40,210 bases of DNA, taken from the IMG/VR virus record IMGVR_UViG_3300017653_000001, positions 1 to 40,210 of that record. One strand, written 5' to 3'. Position numbers and translations under genes: made by a program. Below the pieces are notes generated by a model. It was given only the letters and a program-made list of their open reading frames with translations, was not told where the DNA came from and ran no database searches. Origin of the DNA: a virus. Lineage: Duplodnaviria; Caudoviricetes. This document shows, piece by piece, positions 1 to 8,449 of the stretch (position 1 is its first letter; each line of letters starts with the position of its first letter).

Positions 1-123
1 CAATATGACGCCAAGGGCGCTGAAATTATTCAACAGCTTCGAGCAAGGCAGATCAGCCGTGAAGATGCGTTCCGTCTTCTCAATGAGCGTAAGAATCCAC
101 TAGACGAATTTAAGGCTGCGCAA
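1..123. repeat. 123-bp terminal direct repeat (copy 1); probably assembly overlap of a circular/permuted genome
   Basis: 1-123 is identical to 40088-40210, and the ORF from 37910 continues in frame across the join. Confidence 0.97.
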
Positions 124-207
124 GCTGGTCAAGCCGCTCCAACTGGCTCTGATGGCTGGCGAGATGTGGGCAACGGCATCCGTATTCGTCCGAAAGGGTC
201 AAACTAA
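1..207 (+). CDS. 3' end of the large ejection protein/tail lysozyme gene that starts at 37910
   Basis: Frame 1 reads QYDAKGAEII...GIRIRPKGSN* with TAA at 205-207 overlapping the next ATG (TAATG). Confidence 0.9.
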   Translation, partial: QYDAKGAEIIQQLRARQISREDAFRLLNERKNPLDEFKAAQAGQAAPTGSDGWRDVGNGIRIRPKGSN

Positions 208-1712
208 TGGCAATATTTGAATTACAAGGCCCAGACGGACAGATTTACGAAGTTGACGCTCCTGATGAAGCAAGCGCTTTGCAGGCTTTCCAGGGGATGA
301 ATGGTTCTTATGATCAGCCGCAACCAGAAGGTGGTTACGGGTCACAAATATTTTCTGGTTTGCTAGAAGGAGCAACAGGAGCTTTGGGCGCTCCGGTAGA
401 TTTGGTTAACAATCTATTGGTTGCCCCCGCAGCCGCTGGCATCAATTATGCGTTTGGAACGGATATTCAGCCTTCACAAACGCCTTTGGGCGGAAGCGCT
501 GGATTGCGTCAAGGTTTGGCTATCTCTCCTGAGAGCCAATCAGGCGGTGAACAATTCGCAAGGCGCGTTGCGCAGTCCGTTGGGGGTGCCGCTCCATTTG
601 CGGCAGGGGCCAGTAGCGCTGGACAAGTTGCATCGATATTAGCCACTGGGTTAGGAGGCGGCGTTGGCGGCGCAACCGCTCAACAGATTGCTCCTGACAA
701 CGTAGGCGCTGAAATAGCAGGTGAATTAATTGGTGGGTTAGGAACTGGCTCGGCTATTTCAGGATTGGCTAACCGTTCGGCGCGTCAGGCGGCTGAAAAA
801 GCTGTTCCATCTATAGATGACCTTAAGGCTCAAGCTTCTGACTTGTACGCACAGGCTGAAGCACGTGGCGTTGTGGCCGACCCGGCAATGACAACCAGTC
901 TTGCTGACGATATTACCAAGATCGCACGGGATAACGAGCTTATCACTCCTACAGGACGGATCGCAGAAGCATACCCAAAAGCCAAAGAAGCGCTCCAGCT
1001 TATGCGTGATTATGCCGGGTATGACATGAACCCAACACAAATGCAGGTTATTAGGGAAACGCTTGCGGATGCTGCTTTTGGGGCAGAAGGCAAAGAAGGC
1101 CGTATCGCTAAGAAGATGCTTTCTGCATTCGATGACTTTGTTTCTCCTCTCGCCCCTGAGTTGGCTGAAGCACGCAAGATTTCAAGCCGTTATCTTAAAG
1201 CTGGAACTCTTGAGAGGGCAAGAGAACTCGCGGGGGCACGTGCAGGACAGTTCACGGGTTCCGGCTTTGAGAATGCCTTACGCACTGAATACAGAAATCT
1301 TGACCGGCGTATTATCAAGGGGCAAGAGCAAGGTTGGACGCCTGAGCAGATACAGGCCATTAACAATGTGTCGCGTGGCACCCCCATGCAGAATACGGCC
1401 CGTAATATCGGTAAACTTGCGCCTACTGGAGTTGTTAGTGCGGGCCTGGGTAGCGGTGTGCCATTCATGATTGGTAACGCTATTGGTGGCCCAGCGGTTG
1501 GCGCGGCAAGCGCTGCTTCTACCATGGGTGCTGGTTTTGCTGGAAGGGAACTGGCAACTCGTATGGGATTGAGAAACGCTGATGTAGCAGAACTTCTTGC
1601 GCGCTCAGGAGGGACTTTGCCGAATGCATCAAATCCTGCTATAAGAAATGCTGTAATTCAAGCTTTGATTGGCTCTCAATTGGCAGCGCAATCTAATATG
1701 GGTGGTAACTAA
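207..1712 (+). CDS. Putative DNA ejection / internal virion protein (501 aa)
   Basis: Ala/Gly-rich helical protein with N-terminal 'FELQGPDGQIYEVDAPDE' motif; follows the other ejection genes in the podovirus late operon. Confidence 0.65.
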   Translation: MAIFELQGPDGQIYEVDAPDEASALQAFQGMNGSYDQPQPEGGYGSQIFSGLLEGATGALGAPVDLVNNLLVAPAAAGINYAFGTDIQPSQTPLGGSAGLRQGLAISPESQSGGEQFARRVAQSVGGAAPFAAGASSAGQVASILATGLGGGVGGATAQQIAPDNVGAEIAGELIGGLGTGSAISGLANRSARQAAEKAVPSIDDLKAQASDLYAQAEARGVVADPAMTTSLADDITKIARDNELITPTGRIAEAYPKAKEALQLMRDYAGYDMNPTQMQVIRETLADAAFGAEGKEGRIAKKMLSAFDDFVSPLAPELAEARKISSRYLKAGTLERARELAGARAGQFTGSGFENALRTEYRNLDRRIIKGQEQGWTPEQIQAINNVSRGTPMQNTARNIGKLAPTGVVSAGLGSGVPFMIGNAIGGPAVGAASAASTMGAGFAGRELATRMGLRNADVAELLARSGGTLPNASNPAIRNAVIQALIGSQLAAQSNMGGN

Positions 1713-1713
1713 C

Positions 1714-2583
1714 ATGCCAAGAGACAGCAACGGCAACACCAATCCACTGCCAGGTACTATCGTTCAAACTGGCGATACTATTCTGCCATCTCAGCATAAC
1801 CCTGCGTTGGTTGATCTTTATGCAATGATGACGCAAAGCCTTAGCCGCGATGGCCAAGGCGGTATGCGAGCTAATCTTGCAATGAATGGGTTTCAGGTCA
1901 CAGGGTTAGGAAGCGCTACGCAGCCAGGTAACGCTGTACCATTGTCGCAATTCCAAACCGGAATGCCTGTTGGTTCGGTGGTTGATTTTGCCGGTATTAC
2001 GCCTCCTGATACATGGCTTTTGTGCTTTGGACAGGCCGTTGAAGTTTCTGCATACCCGGAATTTGTTGCGGCTTGCTACGTCGGAAATGCATTGAATGCA
2101 ACTGCTGGGTTTGGGTATCGTACTACTTCACAGACAAACCCATCTGCTAATAGGTCAACATCGGGTCAGTTTATTGTGTTGCCTGATCTTCGAGGGAGAG
2201 TATCGGCTGGGCCTGATGCTATGGGTGGCACTGCCGCTAATAGACTTGGTACTGTTGGAGGAATGACAACTGGGGCCATCGGGGGGGCGGGTGGCAATCA
2301 AGTTCATACGCTCACAATAGAACAAATTCCATCCCATAACCATGGTGGAGCAACTGGAAACCCGACTTCACATACTCATCAAATCTCCATCAATAGAAGT
2401 TTGAGTTCTGACTCCAATGGTTCAGGTACAGTACGAGGCGGAAGCAATACTGATTCATTAATATTTGATTCTGGAAACGGAACCAATCATACTCACACCA
2501 TTAGCTCACAGGGCGGCGGTTCCGCGCATCCTAATATACAGCCAACTCTGATCTTAAACAAAATTATCAAGGTGTCTTACTAA
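1714..2583 (+). CDS. Tail collar domain-containing fibre protein (289 aa)
   Basis: Collar motifs 'MPVGSVVDFAG...WLLCFGQAV' and 'LPDLRGRV', His-rich 'HNH/HTH' repeats, C-terminal 'HPNIQPTLILNKIIK'. ATG 1714 preferred over the track start 1669. Confidence 0.85.
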   Translation: MPRDSNGNTNPLPGTIVQTGDTILPSQHNPALVDLYAMMTQSLSRDGQGGMRANLAMNGFQVTGLGSATQPGNAVPLSQFQTGMPVGSVVDFAGITPPDTWLLCFGQAVEVSAYPEFVAACYVGNALNATAGFGYRTTSQTNPSANRSTSGQFIVLPDLRGRVSAGPDAMGGTAANRLGTVGGMTTGAIGGAGGNQVHTLTIEQIPSHNHGGATGNPTSHTHQISINRSLSSDSNGSGTVRGGSNTDSLIFDSGNGTNHTHTISSQGGGSAHPNIQPTLILNKIIKVSY

Positions 2584-4853
2584 TGGCCGATATTCGTCCT
2601 AATGCTCTTCCAGATGCTATTCTCCCCCTTAGGAGCGGTGACGCTATTATCGTTGATCAAGGAGCAGACGGTGTAAGGAAAACCGACCCTATATCCATGA
2701 CAGATTCAGTCGCGCCTGTTGCCACACAATCGGAAGCGCAGGCTGGCACAGATAATACAAAAAGAATGACATCCTTGAGGACCAAGCAATCAATTGCTTC
2801 TGAGGTGGGCGTTACGATTGCTTCTAGTTCTCAGGGGGCAAAGGCCGACACTGCAGTGCAGTCAGTTAACGGAAAATCTGGAAACTCGGTAACTATCGTT
2901 AAGGGGGATGTTGGACTCGGGAATGTAGACAATACAAGTGATGCCGATAAGCCCATATCGAATGCAACGCAGACAGCGTTGAATGGAAAGGCGAATTCAG
3001 CAGTAACAATCTCAGCCGGTACAGGTCTTACAGGAGGAGGAAATCTAACTGCAAACAGGACGATAGCTTTAAATCCAACGTCTATTGCTTCTCTTGCAAA
3101 GGCTGACAGCTCTGTTCAGACAGTGAATGGAGTAGCTCCAACGGGTGGTAATGTTAGTGTTTCAGCAGAAGAGGTAAGGCTACAGGACAGTCGTGCATCG
3201 GCTATTCTTGAATCCTTTGCTGGTAGCGTAAATTTTGTGCAAACGGCAGGTTATTCCATAGTCGGTGACGGCGGTGCGGCGCTCTACAAGCGTGTATCAA
3301 CCGAGCCAACACACGCAGGTAAATTCCAATCGGCAGACGGAGCGTGGTGGGAAATTGCTGACCGTGTTCTGCGACCGGAGATGTTTGGCATCAAGGGTGA
3401 TGGCAGTGATGAAACCGCGCTGTTACAGGGTATGTTTGATTTCGCTGCGGGCAAGGAAGTGCGATTCCCCAACGACAATACGTATGGCATTACCGTTTTG
3501 ACGCTCCCCGCATTTACAACGTTGTATATGAATGGGTCAAAGTTTCGACGAAATGTTGCCGCCAACAGTCATCCGGTAGTGATTAATTCCGACACTTACA
3601 TCAAGGATTTTTATTACGATACACCGGGAGCGCTTATCGACGCTGGGCCTCGCATTGGCGGTAGTCGGGTTATTATCGAGGGGTACACATGCCTTAGCGA
3701 ATTTAAAATGGGTGGGCAGCAATCGTCATCTGGGTACGGTTTAATTATCAGTACAAATAATCCCGCCTCGCAAATATCAGACATTACAGTTAGCCGAGTT
3801 AAAATCACAGACTTTTCAGGCGGCATTAAGCCTTGGGGCGTGGTTAATCTTAACGTATATGATACAGCACTTCGCGGCTGCGCTCTTGGTTGTTTTGTGC
3901 AAAATGTCACGCATGGAAGATTTATTAATGGTACAATTGTGGGTGCGGACGAAACTTCCGCAATAGATCCTTATGCTTCCAGAGGAAACGGGTTCCTTGT
4001 TGAGGCGCTCAGCACAGTTTCAACACAGGACATAGTGATTGATAACTGGGAAATACGAGGAATGGGCAGTCATGGTATTAGGCTGGGCGGCGTATATTCT
4101 ATCCGTAATGTGAAAGTCATTGACTGTGTTGTCCGAGATTGTGGCTTCTGGTCAGTATCGACAGGCGGGTGTGGGTTTAAATCATTGCCTAATACATCTG
4201 CATCACAATATCACATGGACATTCAAGTTATCCGTCTTACTTGTTATGACAACAATTGGGTTGATAATGGAAACAATGAAGCTGTCGGGATGTTCATGGT
4301 TTCTGGCGGCCTAGTTGAAGGCTTGCGGACATATAGGGTAAATCGCGCATATAGTTCTACGTATGGTATATTTATGGCTAACTGCCTAAATGTACGTATT
4401 GTAAATCCTATGATTGAATGGACACTTAAATCATCTATCAGGCTCTCTAACCTTCAAGGAGAAGTCTGGGCTGGTGTTCCACAGTACATGCGCCACATTC
4501 AGTTCGATGGTGGACTAATATTCCCGCCTTCGGATGCTGTTGGAGTTGAAATGCAACCATCAGAGGGCGTGTTCACCAACATTCATTTCAACGGTATAAA
4601 CATTCGTGGCGGTCTTAAATCATTAAGGGCTTTGTCAGCGGCAAGCCAGTATGAGGACTGCACATTTGACTTCGTTTATACACAGCCAGTAACTACGGAT
4701 ACTACGGGGCCGTGGACTACTGTCGCCGGGATAACCCTCCGTGGTGTATCTAGATGGTGGGGGACGCCAAATGGTAACAATGGCGACTTCATTCAAGACA
4801 GAACATTTGGTCAAATACGCCAATACAAATCGGGTGCGTGGGCTGTCCTTTAA
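2583..4853 (+). CDS. Tailspike / receptor-binding protein with probable pectin-lyase-like beta-helix (756 aa)
   Basis: N-terminal fibre motifs (VGLGNVDNTSDADKPIS; AGTGLTGGGNL), 'GDGGAALYKR...ADGAWW...PEMFGIKGDGSDETA' lead-in, then beta-strand-rich repeats. Confidence 0.8.
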   Translation: MADIRPNALPDAILPLRSGDAIIVDQGADGVRKTDPISMTDSVAPVATQSEAQAGTDNTKRMTSLRTKQSIASEVGVTIASSSQGAKADTAVQSVNGKSGNSVTIVKGDVGLGNVDNTSDADKPISNATQTALNGKANSAVTISAGTGLTGGGNLTANRTIALNPTSIASLAKADSSVQTVNGVAPTGGNVSVSAEEVRLQDSRASAILESFAGSVNFVQTAGYSIVGDGGAALYKRVSTEPTHAGKFQSADGAWWEIADRVLRPEMFGIKGDGSDETALLQGMFDFAAGKEVRFPNDNTYGITVLTLPAFTTLYMNGSKFRRNVAANSHPVVINSDTYIKDFYYDTPGALIDAGPRIGGSRVIIEGYTCLSEFKMGGQQSSSGYGLIISTNNPASQISDITVSRVKITDFSGGIKPWGVVNLNVYDTALRGCALGCFVQNVTHGRFINGTIVGADETSAIDPYASRGNGFLVEALSTVSTQDIVIDNWEIRGMGSHGIRLGGVYSIRNVKVIDCVVRDCGFWSVSTGGCGFKSLPNTSASQYHMDIQVIRLTCYDNNWVDNGNNEAVGMFMVSGGLVEGLRTYRVNRAYSSTYGIFMANCLNVRIVNPMIEWTLKSSIRLSNLQGEVWAGVPQYMRHIQFDGGLIFPPSDAVGVEMQPSEGVFTNIHFNGINIRGGLKSLRALSAASQYEDCTFDFVYTQPVTTDTTGPWTTVAGITLRGVSRWWGTPNGNNGDFIQDRTFGQIRQYKSGAWAVL

Positions 4854-4888
4854 TCCGCCGAGAATGGCGATAGATATGCGAGAAAAAC

Positions 4889-5683
4889 ATGGATCGTAAC
4901 TTTAAAGTATCACTCAAAGAAGTTCTCAAGCATGAAGGAGGATGGTCGGACCATCCTTCTGACCCTGGCGGCGCCACTATGAAAGGCGTCACTATTGCGA
5001 CTTTCCGTGCCTTTGTGAATCCAAAAGGGACAAAAGACGATCTTCGCAAGATTACTGACGCACAGCTTGAAACCGTGTACCGTCGTCAATATTGGGACAA
5101 AGTGCATGGCGCTGAGTTGCCTGACGGCGTTGACTTTGTAACATTTGACTATTCTGTACACAGTGGGCCGACCAGGGCGGTTAAAGACCTTCAGAAGGTC
5201 GTTGGCGTATCACAGGATGGTAAGATTGGCCCTAAAACACTTGAAGCTATTAAGTCTATGGGTTCTCGCAATGTCATAAACAAGCTTTGCGACACTCGTC
5301 TTGCCTTCCTTAAACGCCTAAAGACGTGGCCTACATTCGGTAAAGGGTGGTCGCGTAGAGTAGCTGGCGTTCGTGATTTTGCATTGGGTCTGTCGTCAAA
5401 TCCAACTCCTGAGCGTCCGGCAGTTATCACTAAAGAAGTAGAAAAACCTATCGTTCCATCATCTGTCGATAGCCAGGTAAAAAAGAAATTCTCCCTTGCT
5501 GGATGGCTGGGGACGATCTTTTCCAGTGGGGGTATCGGTGCTTTGGGGCTTGCCGGTTTTGGGTGGCGTGAATTGATTGCGCTTGGTGCCGTTGCAGTTG
5601 CTGTCCTCTTGGGCGGATTGGCTCTACGAGGATGGATTGTTAAGGCAATCAAAGACATTCGTAAGGAGTTGGACGATGCTTAA
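4889..5683 (+). CDS. Endolysin, glycoside hydrolase family 108 with peptidoglycan-binding domain and hydrophobic C-terminus
   Basis: 'HEGGWSDHPSDPGGATMKGVT' GH108 motif, 'DGKIGPKT', 'FGKGWSRRV'. Confidence 0.9.
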   Translation: MDRNFKVSLKEVLKHEGGWSDHPSDPGGATMKGVTIATFRAFVNPKGTKDDLRKITDAQLETVYRRQYWDKVHGAELPDGVDFVTFDYSVHSGPTRAVKDLQKVVGVSQDGKIGPKTLEAIKSMGSRNVINKLCDTRLAFLKRLKTWPTFGKGWSRRVAGVRDFALGLSSNPTPERPAVITKEVEKPIVPSSVDSQVKKKFSLAGWLGTIFSSGGIGALGLAGFGWRELIALGAVAVAVLLGGLALRGWIVKAIKDIRKELDDA

Positions 5684-5885
5684 GCCCTATCTTTACGGAG
5701 CAATGGCCCTGGCGTTAGTTGGTACACATTATTTTATGTATAACGCTGGGAAGCAATCTGTTCTCCAACGTTTATCTAGCGATAGAGTAGAGGTAATTAA
5801 AGATGGCCAGAAAGTTGACGCTGCCGTTTATGCTGCTGATGACGATGGTCTTGTTTGCTTGCTCATCGACTGCCAAGCTAACTAG
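5676..5885 (+). CDS. Putative inner-membrane spanin (Rz-like, 69 aa)
   Basis: AAGGAG RBS, ATG 5676, N-terminal TM segment, C-terminal Cys pair; follows the endolysin and overlaps a lipoprotein gene. Confidence 0.65.
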   Translation: MLKPYLYGAMALALVGTHYFMYNAGKQSVLQRLSSDRVEVIKDGQKVDAAVYAADDDGLVCLLIDCQAN

Positions 5886-6024
5886 CCCATGTGATGTACT
5901 TGTGTTAATGTCACCATCGGAACAAACGGCAAGATATATCGTTGAAAATGATAGACCCTTTGCCCAACAAGTAGCACAACATCGCGGGCGATACGGGGCT
6001 TATAAATGTCAGCGGATGAAATGA
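5803..6024 (+). CDS. Putative outer-membrane spanin lipoprotein (Rz1-like)
   Basis: Signal peptide with lipobox LFA-C, GAGGT RBS; overlaps the i-spanin in another frame. Confidence 0.7.
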   Translation: MARKLTLPFMLLMTMVLFACSSTAKLTSPCDVLVLMSPSEQTARYIVENDRPFAQQVAQHRGRYGAYKCQRMK

Positions 6025-6431
6025 AACAGGACGCAACAGTAACCCTTAACTGGTTTAGAGTTAATCTACCTACAATTATAACAATTGTAGGGTTTGGGTT
6101 TTATGTTGGAACCAATCTTAATGACATTCAAAAGAGCATATCCTCCCTTTCAAAGGAGAATGCAGAGTTAAAGGCAACAACGGCAGACATAGGGAAGCTA
6201 GCTTATCGCGTTGACCAATTGGAATTTGGTCTGCAAAGGGCCAATGAACGTACTGACTCTTTGCAAAACACTCTTATTTCAAGCATGGATCTAATGAGGC
6301 GGGACATTAATCGCCTCACTACTCAGGTTGAAGTATTATCTTCCAGAGTTGGTATTTTAACAGGTGACATTGACGACCCTAAGCAGCGTAGATCAAGACC
6401 TGGACCTAATCAGCATACAAGTGACGAGTAA
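6006..6431 (+). CDS. Single-TM coiled-coil membrane protein, holin candidate
   Basis: TM segment 'LPTIITIVGFGFYVG' followed by heptad repeats; last gene of the lysis cassette. Confidence 0.5.
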   Translation: MSADEMKQDATVTLNWFRVNLPTIITIVGFGFYVGTNLNDIQKSISSLSKENAELKATTADIGKLAYRVDQLEFGLQRANERTDSLQNTLISSMDLMRRDINRLTTQVEVLSSRVGILTGDIDDPKQRRSRPGPNQHTSDE

Positions 6432-6624
6432 TGGCATATGCGATACCTGAATGGTGCATATTAAATATCTTCCCTATTTTCTCTAATGAAAGACCGTACT
6501 GAATCCTCACAAAGAATATTGCCTCATTCCTTGCCTTAACCACGTTGGGGAAGCGGCATGGGTTTATAATGTCTTTCAGAGTAAGCCCATGTGTTGATGC
6601 TATATATGCCAATTCCTCTTTCAT
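6406..6624 (-). CDS. Stand-alone DnaA C-terminal (domain IV) HTH-like protein (72 aa)
   Basis: 'LKDIINPCR...VVKARNEAIFFVR...GLSLEKIGKIFNMHHSGIAYA' matches the Bac_DnaA_C pattern (R..AMY..R....SL..IG..F.RDHTTV..A). Confidence 0.8.
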   Translation of the reverse strand: MKEELAYIASTHGLTLKDIINPCRFPNVVKARNEAIFFVRIQYGLSLEKIGKIFNMHHSGIAYAITRHLYAD

Positions 6625-6630
6625 CCTCGC

Positions 6631-6900
6631 TCACTTTCCCGCCTCTTTCCTTTCGGCTTCCCCCGCCGCTTTCAGCCATTTCTCACGCGAGACAATAACG
6701 TCTGCGAAGACAAGGTCATCCCGACCGAATACATGCTTCAAGGCCCATCTGACACGCGACCAGAAAGACGATTGGCGTGAGGACAGGATCTCAACGTTCA
6801 ATGTGCCGTCTATATCATCATCCTGGCATACTCGAACCAAATGATCGGCGCTGAAGCATCGGCACGGAATATAATGGTAATCAGGTTCGTACATCCTCAC
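6631..6900 (-). CDS. Hypothetical protein (start 6900 GTG or 6894 ATG)
   Basis: Packed in the minus-strand accessory operon; 'PCRC...H' and 'FWSRVRWALKHVFG' segments. Confidence 0.65.
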   Translation of the reverse strand: MRMYEPDYHYIPCRCFSADHLVRVCQDDDIDGTLNVEILSSRQSSFWSRVRWALKHVFGRDDLVFADVIVSREKWLKAAGEAERKEAGK

Positions 6901-7193
6901 TCACTTTCCCGCAGTGCGGCGCGGCCAGCTTCGGCTAGCTTAACTGTCGTCGGGTCCACTGCGTAGAACCATGGCCCGCAGCCGCCTTTCCATGTGTTGC
7001 CGAGTGCGCAGTTGATAGCATCCTTGAACTTTTCGTTGGTGGATTTTCCATCGATAACGAAAGGCGTCGCCCAGCCAATCGGTCCCCATTGCCACCAACC
7101 CCCACCTTCTGGAGACCAATAGATGGCGACGGTTTCGGCGGAGTGCTTCCCATCCGCGACATCTCCAACAATTATATATTCATTCTCGTCCAT
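6897..7193 (-). CDS. Hypothetical protein (98 aa)
   Basis: Abuts neighbours on both sides, same strand. Confidence 0.65.
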   Translation of the reverse strand: MDENEYIIVGDVADGKHSAETVAIYWSPEGGGWWQWGPIGWATPFVIDGKSTNEKFKDAINCALGNTWKGGCGPWFYAVDPTTVKLAEAGRAALRESE

Positions 7194-7400
7194 CTACTCA
7201 CCGCCTTTCAGGGCTTGGCGACTGGAACGAAGTGCTTTGAATTGACGGTCGCATTCGCTGCAAAGTTCTTCATCGTGCCATACATGCGGCCCATTTTCCC
7301 AATGAGAAACTTTTGCCGCGTAAGCAGTCGTTACGCCGGGGTCAAACATCTCCGTTCCGCACCAGTCACAGAAAAATCGTTTAATAATTTTAGTTGCCAT
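7194..7400 (-). CDS. Small CxxC...CxxC zinc-finger-like protein (68 aa)
   Basis: MATKIIKRFFCDWC...ELCSEC; GGGGAG RBS before ATG 7400. Confidence 0.7.
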   Translation of the reverse strand: MATKIIKRFFCDWCGTEMFDPGVTTAYAAKVSHWENGPHVWHDEELCSECDRQFKALRSSRQALKGGE

Positions 7401-7656
7401 CGCTCTGCTCCCCAAGTGGGCTGGCGTTGAGCATGGCGCGCCACACGTCCCACGCATCATAGCCAACCCGAATATAAGGTTGTCCAATTTCAGACATTGG
7501 CCGCGTTGGCTCCTGTAGAGCGGCGAGGATGGTGGAGATGGCAGCTCTTGCTGTCGGTGACCAGTCTAGGATGATTTCGTCATCTGTCACGATTTCGACT
7601 GGCGGGTTTTCGATGATCGCTTCGGCGACCAGTGCAATGAGTTCCTTACTCGGCAT
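7390..7656 (-). CDS. Hypothetical protein (88 aa)
   Basis: GGAGG RBS before ATG 7656 (MPSKEL...); overlaps both neighbours. Confidence 0.7.
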   Translation of the reverse strand: MPSKELIALVAEAIIENPPVEIVTDDEIILDWSPTARAAISTILAALQEPTRPMSEIGQPYIRVGYDAWDVWRAMLNASPLGEQSDGN

Positions 7657-7921
7657 GGTTGGCCTCCAACACTTCGCCAAGACCAAGCACGCAGTAACGA
7701 GGCTCAATGCCGAACTGACCGCCTTGGAGAATAAAAGTAACCCGCTTGAATAGATGTTGACCGAACGTGTCATAGAACCGGCCCGTTTCGTCCATCTTCA
7801 CAAGCTTGAGGGTGTCACCGGTCTGGAAGGCGCGATCATTCAAGCGGACTTCGAACGTTTTACGTCCATCAGCGACGGCTTCGAAATACTGTGGCAGTGT
7901 TTTCAGAACGTGAGTTTTCAT
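7646..7921 (-). CDS. DUF3850 / ASCH (PUA-like) domain protein
   Basis: 'HVLKTLPQYFEAVADGRKTFEVRLNDRAFQTGDTL' signature. Confidence 0.85.
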   Translation of the reverse strand: MKTHVLKTLPQYFEAVADGRKTFEVRLNDRAFQTGDTLKLVKMDETGRFYDTFGQHLFKRVTFILQGGQFGIEPRYCVLGLGEVLEANHAE

Positions 7922-8091
7922 AGCTTGTTGGCCTCCTCACCATGGACCGGGCAACTAGCATTGATGACGAACATGACGTTTCCGTCCTTGTCCTTCACGC
8001 CGCCCATGTAGCCTTTCCCGTGGCCGTTATCGATGACAGGGCAGGTGCATCCCTGTTCGGTTGCTTCTTTGCTGCCTGGTTTGGGTGTCAT
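7918..8091 (-). CDS. Small Cys/His hypothetical protein (57 aa)
   Basis: 'PGSKEATEQGCTCPVIDN...CPVHG'; GGAGG RBS before ATG 8091. Confidence 0.7.
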   Translation of the reverse strand: MTPKPGSKEATEQGCTCPVIDNGHGKGYMGGVKDKDGNVMFVINASCPVHGEEANKL

Positions 8092-8276
8092 TGGTTGGCC
8101 TCCTTTGCGCGAAAGAGGGCGATGCCGTAGGCAATCACCGGGCAAAATTTCATGAGTTCAGTTAGCTCATCGCCAGTGAAAGACTTCGAGCACCGTTCGA
8201 ATGCGGCGGTCACCGCATCCACTTCCCTGTCAGGCGCGTCTAGCTTGGAGAGGCGGGTAATGAGGTTCTGGGTCAT
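8088..8276 (-). CDS. Hypothetical protein (62 aa)
   Basis: MTQNLITRLSKLDAPDREVDA...; ATGA overlaps on both sides. Confidence 0.65.
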   Translation of the reverse strand: MTQNLITRLSKLDAPDREVDAVTAAFERCSKSFTGDELTELMKFCPVIAYGIALFRAKEANQ

Positions 8277-8449
8277 GAAATCACCTTCAATTCTCGAAGC
8301 AGGCAAATGACGAACGGCATCAGGCTGGTCGCGTCATAAATCTCAGCTGTCCAAGCTCCGTCATCGCCTTCATGCTCTTCCTCGACAGGATGACAGCGCA
8401 TTGCGTATTCAATGGCGTTGAAGATTTCTGTTTCGCTCGGTTGGCTCAT
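8273..8449 (-). CDS. Hypothetical acidic protein (58 aa; absent from the ORF track)
   Basis: MSQPSETEIFNAIEYAMRCHPVEEEHEGDDGAWTAEIYDATSLMPFVICLLRELKVIS*; fills the gap with ATGA overlaps. Confidence 0.7.
   Translation of the reverse strand: MSQPSETEIFNAIEYAMRCHPVEEEHEGDDGAWTAEIYDATSLMPFVICLLRELKVIS

Noticed and set aside
1-123. Terminal repeat as a biological DTR (T7-like fixed ends)
   Set aside because: It lies in the middle of an ejection gene, far from the terminase and origin; an assembly overlap is more parsimonious
4855-4870. Small hairpin CGCCG-AGAA-TGGCG after the tailspike stop
   Set aside because: 5-bp stem without a U-tract; too weak to call a terminator
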